A stretch of DNA of 64,000 bases, taken from the NCBI RefSeq assembly GCF_009914755.1, contig NC_060941.1, one strand, 5' to 3'. Below, piece after piece: positions 18,051 through 42,194 of this stretch; the stretch's first letter is position 1; the number at the start of each line of letters is the position of its first letter. The position numbers and the translations under genes are program-made. This DNA comes from the human T2T-CHM13v2.0 reference genome, Homo sapiens. The notes beneath the pieces are model-generated. The model worked only from the letters and a program-made list of their open reading frames with translations, was not told where the DNA came from and did not search any database.

Positions 18051-18569
18051 TAGAGTCCTCTGTGCTTCTCTCTCTCTCGTGTGCACTGACCACGTTTTCC
18101 TCCAATCATCCTCTTGTCTCTTACCCACTAAACTCCTTGAGGGATACATGGTTTCTGCATTTTTGCATTTTTGCTTTCCCAGGTCCTACCAAAGCTCTTG
18201 GCCGATCAGCCTTACCCCATGCTCCCACACACTTAAGGGAAGCAGGCAGACTCTCTGCTCTTAACCCTGTGCTTCCTATCCACACCTCCCAGCCTATCCT
18301 GCTGCCTGGCACGACCCCACTGCAGAGCCCTTCATTTCTTCCATCTAAAGATGACCCTGACCCTACCCCTTCCCCGGCCCCACCTCTTTCTGCCCCGTGC
18401 TGCCTAGGGCCTCCTCCAGCCCGCTGCCCGCCCACCCTGGGCTCTGCTGACACAGGGCTGCTGTGTGTTTTACAGACTTGCAGCCCTTGTTTGAGGTAAT
18501 ACAGAGTTTCCAGGAAAGAGCCACATAGAATTGAATATCATATTTACATATATTTTTTTAATTTTTAAA

Positions 18570-18871
18570 TTTTTTTTTTTTTTGAGACAAGGTCTCACTT
18601 TGTCACCCAGGCTGGAGTGCAGTGGCACGATCTTGGCTCACTGCAGCTTCTAGCTCCTGGGCTCAAGCGATCCTCCCGCCTCAGTTCCCAAGTAGCTGGG
18701 ACTACAGGCGCATGCTACCACACCCAGCTAATTATTTTTTTTTGTATTTTTCGTAGAGATGGGGTTTCACCATGTTATCTAGGCTGGTCTCGATCTCCTG
18801 AGTTCAAGCGACCCACCAGCCTCAGCCTCCCAAACTGTTGGAATTACAGGCATGAGCCACCACGCCCGGCC
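18570..18871 (-). mobile_element. AluJ-like
   Basis: Alu consensus. Confidence 0.9.
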
Positions 18872-18894
18872 TGAATACCATCTATTGTTAGATC

Positions 18895-19213
18895 GAGAGT
18901 CAACAAACTCTTTCTGGAAAGGGCCAAATAGTAAATATTTTAGGCTTTGTGGGCCAAGAGCAAAATTAAGACTTATATAACAACAGAGAAAACACATTTT
19001 CACAAACCTTTTATTAACAATTCAAAACAATAATAATAATAGAAAGAGAGTTATTTTGGGGAAATGACATTTGGCTTAACTGAGGTTCAAAGTTGGTGTT
19101 CCTTCTCATCAAATTGCTTGCAAATGTTCATCTGTAAAAACCATTCTTAGCTCACAGACCCTACAGAAACAGGTGTGGGTTGGATTTGGCTGGTGAACCA
19201 TAGTTTGCTGAGT
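18895..19213 (+). mobile_element. MER58-like hAT-Charlie DNA transposon
   Basis: aaagggccaaatagtaaatattttaggctttgtgggcca ... ggatttggc...catagtttgctga. Confidence 0.75.
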
Positions 19214-19514
19214 TTCATAGTCTCTTCAGCCATCCCCAGCCTCTCTAACCCTCCAGTGCTGGCCCTGGCCTTTCCTCTCATTGCCTCTCCAGACTTTTCC
19301 TCTCATCTGCTGTCCACCTGTCCTCTCACTCCACCCCAAGGCTTCCCCGCAGACTCTAGGAGAACTGTTTTTTTGTTTTGTTTTGTTTTTTGAATACCGA
19401 GTATTTAAATCCTGTTAGGCTAAATTTTTCCTATCTTGGCCAGCAGTCAGCAAGCTGCAGTTTGTGAGCCAAATCTTAGTCTCCTATCTGTGTACATTTG
19501 GTGAGCTTAGAATC

Positions 19515-20360
<846 letters not shown>

Positions 20361-21089
20361 TGTTCTTATCTCAGATTGGGCTAGGTCCTGGGTGGGGTTA
20401 GGGAGGACAGAGGAGGAAGCTTTTCTTTCCTAGCCTAATAGACCCATTAGTAAGGCATTTCTCACCTGTGAGCCAGTGGTTCTTCCACCCATTCCAGGGA
20501 GCTCGGCTCTAATGCTGTACCTGGGCCTCATTGCCAGAGAGTCTGGTTTAGATGGGTCCCCAGAGCACATTAAGCACTGTCCTCTGCCAAGGTGCTCAGA
20601 CTGCAGCTCCTGTCATGGGGACAAGGATATCTTCTTCCTGTTCCAGAGTCAGTGACCTTGTGGTGTGACAGATGCCACGGGGCCACATGTGTGCAGTGGA
20701 GTGGGAGCCCAGAGGAGGGGTACCAAGTGGTTCTGAAGGAGTCCTGTGTGAGCATCACCAGGAAGTGGGGGTTTCTGAAGTGACCCATCCGGTTTCCAGA
20801 ATGAATTTGTCAGAGGTAAGGACCAGAGATGTCCAGAGTTTCCTGTGAGTCTGCACCCAGGCAGGTGAAGGTGGTAAAAAGATTCTGATCAGATGCTAGC
20901 AGCCTGGCTGGGCGCTGACCTGGAAAGCACTTTGTCAATCCTGTGGGCCATGGATGTGAGGGTGAGAGATTGCACCTGCTTGAGTCTCTGGCAGAAAGGC
21001 TGCCTTCCTCTATACTCTCAGGGGAGAGGGGCTAGCGTTTCTGAGGGCCACATAGAGCCAGACTGACCCTTCAGGGGCAATTCTCCTCC

Positions 21090-22470
<1,381 letters not shown>

Positions 22471-22568
22471 CCCTCCTAAATGTTTGGACATACATTTCCA
22501 AGCACGAGAATTTCTCTCCTCAAATCACAATGCTATTATCATAAGCTAACAAGGGTCTCTGAAACCTA

Positions 22569-24710
<2,142 letters not shown>

Positions 24711-24712
24711 GA

Positions 24713-26094
<1,382 letters not shown>

Positions 26095-27324
26095 TCAGGG
26101 AGACTCAATAATTTGCCCAATGCATGGAGAGATAATTTTGAGATTTTCACTTGTATTGGTTTCCTTCCCTTTATTCTGCCCTTTTGCACGTTGCCCAATG
26201 CCAGCAGACGGCCTGATGTACTTAGGTACCCTCACAGGGTGGACAGGTTCTACCTTCCCAAATGCAAGCAGCTCTGGCTGGCCCTGCCTATTAGCACGGT
26301 CCTGTGAAGGCTGAGGACACAGCTTGAGACCCTGAGGACAGTGGTAACTGGAGAGAAACGGGCACGATGGGAAGAATGCCCCCTGCCCCCTCCCCCCATC
26401 TCTCCTCCACCCTCCACTACCTAAGCCTGTTGTAAGCAAGAGGAGCAGACCAGATCTCCTGGAAAGGAGAAAAAAAAAAGAAAAAGGAAAAAAATTCTCC
26501 CATCTGTTGAGTATTAACCTCTGAACCATTTAACCAAACATTGGCTTCTCCTGTCATTTGATAAGGTGTATCCAGCAAAGGGAGATGAGAAAATTGGGAG
26601 GTTATTCTTTTAAATTACATCAGCAGGGGGTTTGTTCCTGCCGCAGAGCTCGGAGGGTCCCGTCTGGGACATCACATCACCACTAGCACACTCAAGGACA
26701 GGCTTGAGTGCTTCCCTCTGCCTGGGAGTTCAGGCATTCACAGGGATATTAAAAAAAAAAAAGAAGAAGAAGTAAGAGGGTTTTGAAAATAAAGTCCATG
26801 CACGGCAGGCTGTCTGCCCTGAGCCAGCACTGTAGCAAGGGGTGATTATGGAGGAAGGAATGGTTTGTGTCACCGTCACACGGAAATGTCCAACGGCTTT
26901 TCTGCAGAGACAACACCTCTCAGTCTTCCAGAGACTCTCTGCTCAGACTTCCGGAGCTGTCGGGGACCTCCAAGGCCACTCCGCCTGTCCCAGCCCCCCT
27001 TTGAGTTGGGTTTCTCGGCAGGATGGGCCAGCGAGCAGTCTAGACAGATAGAGACCTTCAGTGCTGGCCAGCTGGCTTCTGCTGGCAGGTCGGACCCGTT
27101 GTGAGGACATCAAGCCCTGGACAGAGGGCAGGAGCCCAGACTTTGGCTGCTGTCTTTGGTCTAGCCCTCCCTCCTGTCCCTCTTCTGAACTCCAACTGAT
27201 AAGAGCAGCTTATCTCCCTAGGCTTAGGTCCTTGCTGAACTAGTCCCTTCTCTCTGGGCCTCAGTTTCCCCATGAGTGCAAGGAGCTGGATGGGAGGGTC
27301 TCCAAGGGCCTATCAACTCTGCTA

Positions 27325-28176
<852 letters not shown>

Positions 28177-29093
28177 GAAACTTCACTCCTTTTATCTGGT
28201 CCTTGGTTTCCAGAGCCAGTGAGGTCTGGCCTACCTCTTCCCCTGGACTCACTAATCTATCTCTCATATATCACTTCTTCCCCAGTAAAGGCAAGGGAAA
28301 GGCAGCCCACTCTCCCTGTTCACTAACTGAGCTCCAGGTTCGGGGCTGGGCTCTTCCATGTGTGTTAGCTTATTTAAACTTCACAACAGCTCAGAGCCAT
28401 GGATGAAGTCCCACTTCAGGTGAGGAAAGTGAGGCTCAGAAACAACGGCTTGGCCAGGCTTCCACACTAGGAAGAGGAGGAGCTGGGATTCAGAGAAGAT
28501 CTGTTTGAGCCTAAAGGCCAGATTCTTTCCACCATATCATATAATACCTTCCCTGAGTCCCTTAGTCATTGGGGCTCTTCCTGAGCAAGATTCCTTCCTG
28601 GAAGAGACTCCAGGCATCTTGAGGACAGGGGAGGAAGAACAGCAGAGAGGCAAAGCATGGAATCTTGTTCCAAAGACCTAACCCTCCTTGGGCAGACAAG
28701 GGAAGAGAAAGGGAAGTACTCAAGGCTCAGAAACTGGTCAGGACATGGCAATAATAAACTTGAGCCCAGGGTTCCACTGCATGTGACTTCACACCTAATC
28801 CATTTCCCATCTCAAGTGATGTCAGGGTGTTGCTGACCACGGTGGCTCGCCAGAGAGGGCTCTGTGGTGACTTCCTTCCAACAGCTCAAATGACACAACG
28901 CAAGGCACGCCATTTCCAACACAGATTAGGTATGTAATCTTGAGCAAGAGGGGGCTCTGAGACCACCCTCTGTTAGAGCCTTGGTTTCCTCAACTGCATA
29001 ATGGGCATAAGATTATCTACCCACCTCAGCAGGTTGTGGTGGACAACAACAGTGAAAAGACTGCACTAGCTTTGATGTCAAAAACACTGTTTT

Positions 29094-29860
<767 letters not shown>

Positions 29861-31974
29861 CTTATATTCTTTAATTATCCCAACAGCCTTTCAGAAGGCA
29901 GGGTTTGCCCTTGCTCTCATTTACAGATGTGGAAACTGAGGCTGATCCTTTGTGGCTTCCAGCTTGCTGAGGGGTTAAGGTACTTTTCGGAGCCCTCTGC
30001 TGACAGTTCTCTGTCTTCTTGTTCTTTGGAGAGAGCAGCCAGCTGCAGCCCAGATGTGGAGACCCGGCTGGCCGCAAAGGAGTTAGGTGGGTGGGAATAG
30101 CCTACCATTTCCTCTCTTGAAGACAAATGGTTCAGGGGCCATTGGAGGCTCTGCAGGCTATGCTGTGGCTGGATTAGGAGCCTCCGTGGGGCGGGAGATG
30201 TGCTCATCCTGAAAACAGTTCCTGCCTTGTGAGGTGGCCACTTGGAGGATGGAATCAGCGGACAGGGTGCTCAGTAATCTCCCTCCCCTTCGCCTCACAC
30301 CACCACTCTCTGAATAGCTTTGTTTAGGCCCTAGGCCCCAAAGGTCCTCATCCTGGCCTGTGAAAATGAAGGGATGCTAAAGAGGGTGCCATCTTGGCCA
30401 ACATTTTGTTTGGCCAGGATTTTGAGCCCTCTCCTCTGGCCATGGAGTGAGCAGATACACACACAAACTCAGAAAACACCCACACAACGCACACACCTAC
30501 AGGCTCATAGATGTGTGCACACACAGGTACACACACACGCACATACACATGTGTACACATATGTGCGTACATTCACACCTCCAAGGAGCAGCCATGAGCT
30601 TCCCCAGGCTCTCAGAGCTGCATTAAGCCCCTCAGGAGAGGAGGAAAGGAAGCTGCATGTCATATATCATTTCTCTCCAAACAGGCAGTGTCCTCTCTGC
30701 CCAAAGCAGGGGTGGGGGTGGTCGGCGGCCATGAACTGGTCTCTGGAAGGAGCCCCTCTGGCCCATATTTCACAGACACCCCAGACGGAGCCTGCTGTCA
30801 GGAGCGCTGTCTAATTTCCTCCCGACTGCCGGCCCGGATCCCCCCAACAAAGAGGGGCATTGTGTCCTGCCCCCACCCCTGGCATCTGCTCCACAGAGAT
30901 CCGGCAGGGGATGCACAGAGGGGATTTGTGGGATGAAGGCCCCGCATCCTGTGCCACAGCCCCCAGAAGGGCCACAGATTCTTGAGTAGAAAGAGCCTGG
31001 TCCTGACTGAGGGGTCCCCCCAGGCTCACGGGCCTCGGCCACTCCAGTGTCCCCACCAGCAGTCTTCTCGAGTAATAGCTTCTCCTCATGCCTGTCAGGG
31101 AAGAGGTGTGTGAACGGGAGCAGCTGAGGATGAAAGGGCATTTGAAGGGGCCCAGGCCTCCCCCACCCTCTCTTAGAAGAAACACAGCCTTCAGCACTTG
31201 GTACCGGCTTCTGGAGGGGGACTTGCCTGCTTGGCAGGCCTGCAGGGCACCTCGCTGTGGAGAAGAGACAGTTGTGCCTGGTTTTTCTGTACTCTAGATC
31301 TTTCACGGGCTGGTCATGTTGGGAAGGAAAAGTGGGGTCCTAGGGGGCAGAGCCATGGCAAGACAGGATGAAGGGAGGGTGGACGGGTCAAGCTTAACAA
31401 TGGGCTGAGCGCCCTAGGGACTTCCTGGGGCCTTCACTTTCTGGTTCCTTCCTGAAGAGGCTGCTCCTCCCCAGCTGCCCCTGGGTGAAGATCTGAGCGA
31501 TGCCTCCCATGGAGGGGGTGTGGGTGTGAGGGGATTGACATAGTGGCTGAATCGGTATTGTAAGATGTGCTTAGGGGCTGTCATGTGTGGCCACAGTGTG
31601 AAAAGTTCTGTTCTGGGTTAACGCATCAGAAGCAAATCTGGATCTGGCATCCTCCAAGCCCTTGACTTTCCCCACGATCCCCTACTGCCTCTCAGCAGCA
31701 CTTCTTTTTTGGTATAGCTTGGCGCTTTGAAAACGTTTTGCCCATAGTATCTGTTTAACCTTTGTACTCAAGGCAGAACAAGGTATTAGAATGCTCAGTT
31801 TTTTGCAGTTGGGAAATCGGTCCAGGGAAGATGGGTGGTTTGCTAAAAGTCACGCAGCAAATGAGTAGAAAAGCAGGTACTGAAGCCTAGGCCTCCTCCG
31901 GGCTCCATGCTTGTGCTGACACTGTGTTGCAGCCTCCCTGAAGAAGCGGAAGAGCACTCTGACTAGAATCTGGG

Positions 31975-31987
31975 GTGTGTGTGTGTC

Positions 31988-32049
<62 letters not shown>

Positions 32050-32050
32050 T
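31975..32050. repeat. (TG)n(GA)n compound microsatellite
   Basis: Direct reading. Confidence 0.95.
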
Positions 32051-32433
32051 GACAGAGGGCACTCATTCCCACTTGGAGGGCCCACTCTGAGGCAGGCACC
32101 GTGCGAGGCATTCTGTAGACCTTACCCCATTTTCCTGGGGACAGTCTGACCGTCTCCACTCACCCTACCTAGGACTTAACACATAGTTAGAACTCAAGTA
32201 ATATTTTTGTGGAGTGAATGAATCAATCTAATCCTCCTATCAGCCTGTGAGTAAAATATGATCTGTACTTTGTAGGAGCATTTTTCAACAAGTGTTTATC
32301 AAGCACCACTACTTCTGCAGGCCACTGGATGAGGAAACTGAGGCTCAGAGAAGATGAATGACTCCATGCAGGCCACACAGCTAATCTGTGGCACAGCCTG
32401 TGTCGGAACTGCAATCTATCAGTGTCCAAAGAT

Positions 32434-32434
<1 letters not shown>

Positions 32435-32475
<41 letters not shown>

Positions 32476-32494
32476 TGGGGGTAGGGTGAGAGCC

Positions 32495-32529
<35 letters not shown>

Positions 32530-32551
32530 TACGTGCGGGTAGGGTGAGAGC
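32435..32551. repeat. Two-copy tandem unit: (TG)n + TACGTGSGGGTAGGGTGAGAGC
   Basis: Direct reading; ~58-nt period. Confidence 0.9.
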
Positions 32552-32607
32552 AGTGGGGAGGGAAGGTGATAAGAAACACAGGATTTCTCCTCCTGCAATG
32601 CAGAGAA

Positions 32608-32895
<288 letters not shown>

Positions 32896-33893
32896 TAAAG
32901 GAAAATAACCTGAAGATAGCATGGTCCCACCAGGCAGTCAGCCAGCTCAGACACAGGCCTGCAGCTCTCTAGCCAGGTGCACCGGGTGCTTTAGACAGGA
33001 TTTGTGTTCCTGGAAAACTGGTTTTAAATCATTTTTTAAAACACAAATAAAACCATCCTTTACAGCCACTGGGGAAGCCTGCAGCTTGCTGGGAGGCTGC
33101 AGCAAGGTTTTTTTTACCAGGAGTAATTTTTTAGAGCCTTTGGATCTGTCCTACTGGATTTTCTCAAAGCAGGGTAAATCTGCTGGATGGTGGAGAAAGC
33201 CAACCATGAGGCTCTCGCCAAGATGAGCACAGACTCAGTGGACTTTCATCCTGGGGGTTCTCAGACCCTGGCTGAGCCTGTTCCCTTCCCACTAACGCTG
33301 GATTGAAGCCCAGCCGTGGGCCCCGGCTCTGGGGACAGGCTGGAGTCCTGAGCCAGCAGCTCCGGTTAGGAAATTAATAAAGAAAGAGAAGCTCTCGCAG
33401 CCAGGCCCACGGTGAGAGACGAGTTAGGTCATGTCTCTTTCTGTTCAATCGGATATTAGTCCCAACCCTGATGTCACCTTGAAGCTATTAAGCGTCACCC
33501 TCAGAGACGTGCGTGAGTGGCTCACAAACCTCTTATCAGGCACACTTCTGAGTCTCGCTGTTGTCAGTGGTCAGGCTCTGGAAGCTGTTTTTTTTGCCAA
33601 CCATGGGTCAAAGAGGAGAGGTTTGTCCAGACTTCAGACAGAGCTCAGAGAGTGGGGGAGGGATTTGCAGAGAACCTTGGCCCCAGAGAGTTCCCTGGGG
33701 CTGTAGAAACAGGGTGACTGTTCAGTGCCCCTCTTCAAGGGCATGGCCGGCCAGACCTGGTGGTCTCTGAAGCCCTGACTGCATCAAGCCACCTAACCAG
33801 CTTCTGGACTGAGCTTCTCCTACACTGTCCACATGTCCAGCAATGGGCAGTTTTGAACCGAGAAGTCAGTGATGTCAATAGTTTAACGGTTCC

Positions 33894-33937
33894 TCCATCC
33901 ATCCATCCATCCATCCATCCATCCATCCATCCATCCA
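33894..33937. repeat. (TCCA)n microsatellite adjoining an L2 fragment
   Basis: Direct reading. Confidence 0.92.
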
Positions 33938-34203
33938 TGTGTCCACTCATCCAATACTATCTATTGAACATGTATTATGTGCCAGGCATCATGTGGTAGC
34001 TGAGAATAAAATGGTCAGAGAAACACATCCCTTTCTCTTTCTTCCAGCTTATAAAGCAGACCATAAATGAATAAGCAAACAAAAAATAGAAGAATGACAA
34101 ATTGTGGTAGTGGCCATAAAGGAACACACACAAGGTGGGAAGATAGAGAATAAAGGAACAGTCATGGCCACAGGTAGCATTAGAGAAGGGCGTGGATTTA
34201 AGA

Positions 34204-34494
34204 TTTTTTTTTTAAGACGGAGTCTCGCTCTGTTGCCCAGGCTGGAGTGCAGTCATGATCTCAGCTCACTGCAACCTCTGCCTCCCGGGTTCAAGTGATT
34301 CTCATGGCTCAGCCTCCCAAGTAGCTGGGAATACAGATATGTGCCACCACGCCCAGCTAATTTTTGTATTTTTAGTAGAGACGGGGTTTCACCGTGTTGG
34401 CCAGACTGCTCTCGAACTCCCAACCTCAGGTGATCTGCCTGCCTCGGCCTTTCAAAGTACTGGGATTACATGTGTGAGCCACCGCGCCCAGCCG
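34204..34494 (-). mobile_element. Alu
   Basis: Alu consensus. Confidence 0.92.
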
Positions 34495-35516
34495 GATTTG
34501 AGATATTTTTCAAAGTGTTTCAAAAATATTCAGGTAGCCAGGGTTGGCAGCAAATAGGACTGAGAAGGGGCAGCCGGTGAGAGAAGGAACATGGTGAGAG
34601 CCCAGCACCACGATGGCCAAGAGATGACATGACTGACCAGTGCCTCACTGGTGTTGTGAGGGATTAGCAGGCACAGGCTCCTCTGTCTGGGCAGAGAATA
34701 TATAGCTCTTAAGGGCAATCATTTCCACCCAATGGAAGGAAAGAAAGCCACCCACCATGGGCTTACCCAGTTACTGGAAATGTGGTTCTTTGGGGGTCTG
34801 GACAGAAAAGAGTAGATCTCTCCCTGACACTGATTCTCATCTTTAAATAGAAGAACTATCAGAAATGCACGCACCCATCTCAGGACCTGGCGCAGGCAGG
34901 TGAGCAGATTTCTGAAGGCCTGAGCCCCTCTAGGCCTTTTCCTTTGGAAATGGATTCCCTACTCGCTTGCTTCATCTCTCTCTTTTTTCATATCTCCTCA
35001 CCTCTCTCAGCAGGTCAGCCACACACTCGCTCGTCCCTGATGCTCTCTCAAGGATGGAGAAAACCATTACTGAAAAGTTACTGTCTGGGAATTCTCAGTT
35101 GTTTGGATTCCTACCAAGCCACCATCTCTGGTCACACTCACTGGTTCCCATCAAGGAGTTGCCAGTGGGTGGCCTTGCTTCCTTCATGCAGCTTTGCCCT
35201 CGGGAGAAAGTGGAGGATTTTTACCAACTTGAGGAACAGCTGGTCCCAGCTACTGCTCACCCAGTGCAGGTCAATCAAACACCAACGCTGAAGAGGGAGA
35301 GGAGTGCATGGAATGTTCAAAAGAAACCAGAAACCTCTTGATTGCTGTGTGCATGTACTTTTAATTTCATGATCAAACTCTCCTCAGTGGGCTTATTAAC
35401 TGGGTTTATTGGGGAAAGGAAAATTCTCACACTGAGGTTTTTTTCTGATGGTTTTAGAAATTGGTGAATGTTGCTGCCTCGTGTTAGGCATTGATCTACT
35501 ATTGAAAATTAGTTTG

Positions 35517-35820
35517 GGCTGGGTGCAGTGACTCATGCCTGTAACCCCAGGGCCTTGGGAGGTGAGGCAGGAGGATCCCTTGAGGCCAGAAGTTCAAGAC
35601 CAGCCTGGGCAACATAGTGAGACCCCCATCTCTACAAAGCCATTTAAAAATTAGCTGGGCATGGTGGCTCACACCTTTAGTCCCAGCTAGCTACTCAGGA
35701 GGCTGAGGTGGGAGGATTGCTTGAGGCTAGGAGTTTGAGGCTGCAGTGAGCCATGATCACACCACTGCACTCCAGCTTGGGAAACGAAGTCTCTTAAAAA
35801 ACAAAACAAAACAAAAAAAA
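35517..35820 (+). mobile_element. AluJ-like
   Basis: Alu consensus. Confidence 0.9.
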
Positions 35821-35929
35821 ACTTGGGCCATATTTATATTTAAACTTCCTGCGTGTTCCTTTAGAGTGCTCCTAGAATCCATAAGTCCTTGGGGCTCCAG
35901 GTGTGGGAGAGCACTCCAGACAGAAGGGA

Positions 35930-38488
<2,559 letters not shown>

Positions 38489-38914
38489 GACAAAATATGG
38501 GATATTTTTTCTTATGTCATTTTTTACTACTATTAATATACATTTTTCTACCTTGAAAAATAAAATCTCCAAACTTTGAATTTAAACATTAGGGATGGTT
38601 ACTTTGTGGTCAAGATTCCTTTATTAACAAAAGAGTTCATCTTTTGTTTATAAAACATTGACTATTTGATAGGTCATAGTTTAGGGAAACTGAAAGCTAA
38701 ACTTTTACAATGAGAAATGAAGACCATGCATTTGCATTGGAGAAAAATTTTTTTTTGGCACCAATTATATTTTGTACCCACCTTTTGAAAAACTAAAGGG
38801 GGACAGCTCTGTCTAGATCATTTCTTCCCTTTTTCTCTTGCTTCTAGACATTGTCTGGTCAATCAGAAGGTTGCACACAAGAGCTGTGGTTGTTCGCTCT
38901 GCAAAGAAAAAGGC

Positions 38915-40443
38915 CTGGGAACTTTGCTTTTTATTGATTTTATTTCTCCGAGAGTTTTCTTACAAAGTGAATTGAGCTCGCACAATTAGCTTGATGTAAT
39001 CTTAAGAAAATATATGAAGTATGCTTTAGAAAAAATCATGCTCTAACCAGCCATCTCATTTGGCAATCATTTTCCACAGCTCTTGCCCTTTTTGGGGTGG
39101 GGAGGTGGGGTTATTTTTACATGTGAATGATTACATCTGCGTACAAGAGATCCAAACTCACGTTGACCTCCCTCTGCAACACCAGCTGGTGTTGGGAGAC
39201 AGAGCGCTGAGGCAGCCAGGGCTTCAGTCCCCCATGCTCTTTGGCCATCAGTCCTCAAATGTCATCTCCAGAAGACCTGGCTGAGGTCTGGGCAGTCCAC
39301 ACACAAAAACCTAGCATTTCCTCCCACAATAACAGCATTTGTAGAACACACAGCAAGAGCTTAAATCCATCCCATGGAGGAAGAGGGATTTTCTTGTCCC
39401 CTTTTGCAGTCACAGGACACTGTCACTGGAGAACCTTCCACTCCAGGGTTCCACATCTCCAGGCCCTCACCCAGCAGCCCTCCTTATTATCTCCCCTCCC
39501 CTCCAGAATGCAGGGGACACTTTCCAGCCTCTACGTTGTTTTCAGCTCCTAGTTGTTCAGCCCAACAACTCAGCATCTGGACAGGTTTTCAATCCAGAAA
39601 TCGTGGATTTAAAAGGAGTAGCTGCTCCTTTTCTCTGGAGCACAGCCCAACAGCCCCTGCTGTATCCCTAAATTGATTTTGATTTTGAAGCAGCAGGTGC
39701 TGTCATGGGTTCATTCTTGTCCACCCAGTCAAGCCTGTGTGGACGGGCCTATATGGGGACACCGAAACCTACATCGGGCTATTTTTCTGTCTTCTCTAGT
39801 CAGTTCTCAGAAGTGTCTCCACTTAGCCAACAAATTTGGAGACAGGGATGTGTTTCTGGCTTGCAGCAGCTGAGTTGCTGTCCTTGACTCTCCTCATTCT
39901 GATTTTTCTTGGGGTTTCGGGACAACTAAGGGGCCCCAAAGCCTCAGATGTGCAGCCTACAGAGGAAGGTGGGCAAGGGCGTGTGTCTCTGTCATTTCCT
40001 TCCTTTTGAAGCATTTACTTTCCGAGTCGCCAGCTGGTTCCAAAGCTCCTCTCCCACCAGGCCAGGTGGTGTCCAGACCAGGAGGAGGCCTGGCTGACCT
40101 AGGAGAACAGCGGTAGGAGGAGGCATGGGTGGCAGCCAAGAGACGCTGAGAAGCAGTATCTCTGAAGCTGTTTCCAGATTCATCCGGCCCGGTAGGATCT
40201 CTGTCTGATTCCATGAGAGTGTGGGAGCAAAGGCCCTAGGGAAGAGGCTGCTAAGAGGCTGGACAGAACTTCCTAGAAAATCCTAAGACTCCCAGGAATG
40301 CTGGGCAGTTTCATATCCAAGAGTCAGGGAAAGATGTGGAGAGGCTGCCCTGGCTGGGGAAGGAAGAGGGTGAAGGTGGGATTGGGGTGGGGGTAGTTGG
40401 GTAGGGGGCTCAGTCCTTAGTCATTTTTCCTCCATGCAGAATC
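38915..40443 (-). other. MEOX1: MEOX1 3' UTR (~1.5 kb)
   Basis: Alu-free unique sequence from the stop codon to the poly(A) signals; the 3' end is inferred. Confidence 0.8.
38930..38944 (-). terminator. MEOX1: Tandem AATAAA polyadenylation signals of MEOX1
   Basis: TTTATT on + at 38930-38935 and 38939-38944, followed on the minus strand by a U-rich tract (+ strand aaagaaaaa near 38903-38911). Confidence 0.8.
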
Positions 40444-40566
40444 TCACTCTGAACTTGGAGAGGCTGTGGAGTCCCCATCCTCAGGGTCCTGCCCATTGGG
40501 GGAGATGGGCTGACCTCCCTTCACACGCTTCCACTTCATCCTTCGGTTCTGGAACCACACTTTGAC
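40444..40566 (-). CDS. MEOX1: MEOX1 coding exon 3 (123 nt; [18 protein letters not shown]...SPSSE*)
   Basis: Acceptor CCCCCAG|GTC at 40567; [10 protein letters not shown] recognition helix; TGA at 40446-40444; total CDS 765 nt. Confidence 0.98.
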
Positions 40567-41234
40567 CTGGGGGAGGAAGCAAAGGAGCCTGGTCACTCCA
40601 GGGCCGGTGTGACCTCCTCCCCATGTCAATGCTTAGGCTAGCCAGGGTGTAACTCCAGGGACCCCAGCTTGAAACCATCACTTACCACTCCCTACTCCCT
40701 CAAAGGCCCCAGGAACTAGGACCGAAGAGAGGACATACCAATCTGCCCAGAGGTCTGTCTTGTGGCTTCGGATAAAGCCCCAGACGGGGGAACATGTTCT
40801 AAAAGCACTCTGCATTGGCCCCACCCCCTTCACATGCCCTGCCCTGCCTGTGCCAGGTCCCCCTGCCCCCTACCTCCATTCCCCAAGGGTCTGGGAGCAG
40901 AGGTCATCAGCCTTATCCTTAGGCACATTTATAGAGCACTTTTTGGTTTAGATAGCTCTGGTAAGCACATTTTCTCATCTGAGCTTGAGTATTACCTGCA
41001 GGATTATGATCCCATTTTACAGATGGAGACCCAGAGGTCCCAGGGCTAGGAAAAGTGATAGAGGCAGGATTTGAATCTAAGTCTTCTGATTCAATATCCA
41101 GCCCTCTGGCAGAGTGCTCTGTCAACTGAAATCTGCTATCAAATATTACGGTTATTATTACTATTATTCCGTATCAGAGCATGGGTGTGGGGGTGTGGGG
41201 TGGCTGAAGGGAAAGTCCAAAACAAAGGGCCAGG

Positions 41235-41900
<666 letters not shown>

Positions 41901-42021
41901 TGAAAACCGCTGGACTGGCTGGAGGAAGAAAAAGGAGAAGGTCCAGGGAGGGGTGGTGGGAAAGGAGGGAAGGGAGGGAGATGAGAGAGCAAAGAAGAGG
42001 AGGGGCCCACCGGGGGCGCAC

Positions 42022-42194
42022 CTGGCGCTCAGAGAGGTCCAGGTTTACCGCAATCTCATATCTGCGGAGCCGAGTCAGGTAGTTATGATGGGCAAACTCT
42101 GCCTCCAGCTCTCGCAGCTGCTCCTTGGTGAAGGCCGTCCTCTCCTTGCGGGCTTTGCTGCTGCCCTCCGGCTTCCCTCTGTTCTCCTGGTTGT
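42022..42194 (-). CDS. MEOX1: MEOX1 coding exon 2 (173 nt; [58 protein letters not shown]), homeodomain residues 1-44
   Basis: Pyrimidine tract and AG at 42196-42195; donor CAG|GTGCGC at 42021; frame continuous with exon 1; ANTP-class homeodomain. Confidence 0.98.

Noticed and set aside
34967-35341. 124-aa ORF containing VPDALSR (Gypsy RNase H-like) and EKVEDFY (DAPK-like)
   Set aside because: The matches are only 7 residues with no surrounding similarity and the start is not ATG; a tBLASTn/HMMER hit would be needed.
42006-42020. CTCF-like CCCACCGGGGGCGC beside the exon 2 donor
   Set aside because: It lacks the conserved A of the core, so the match is weak.
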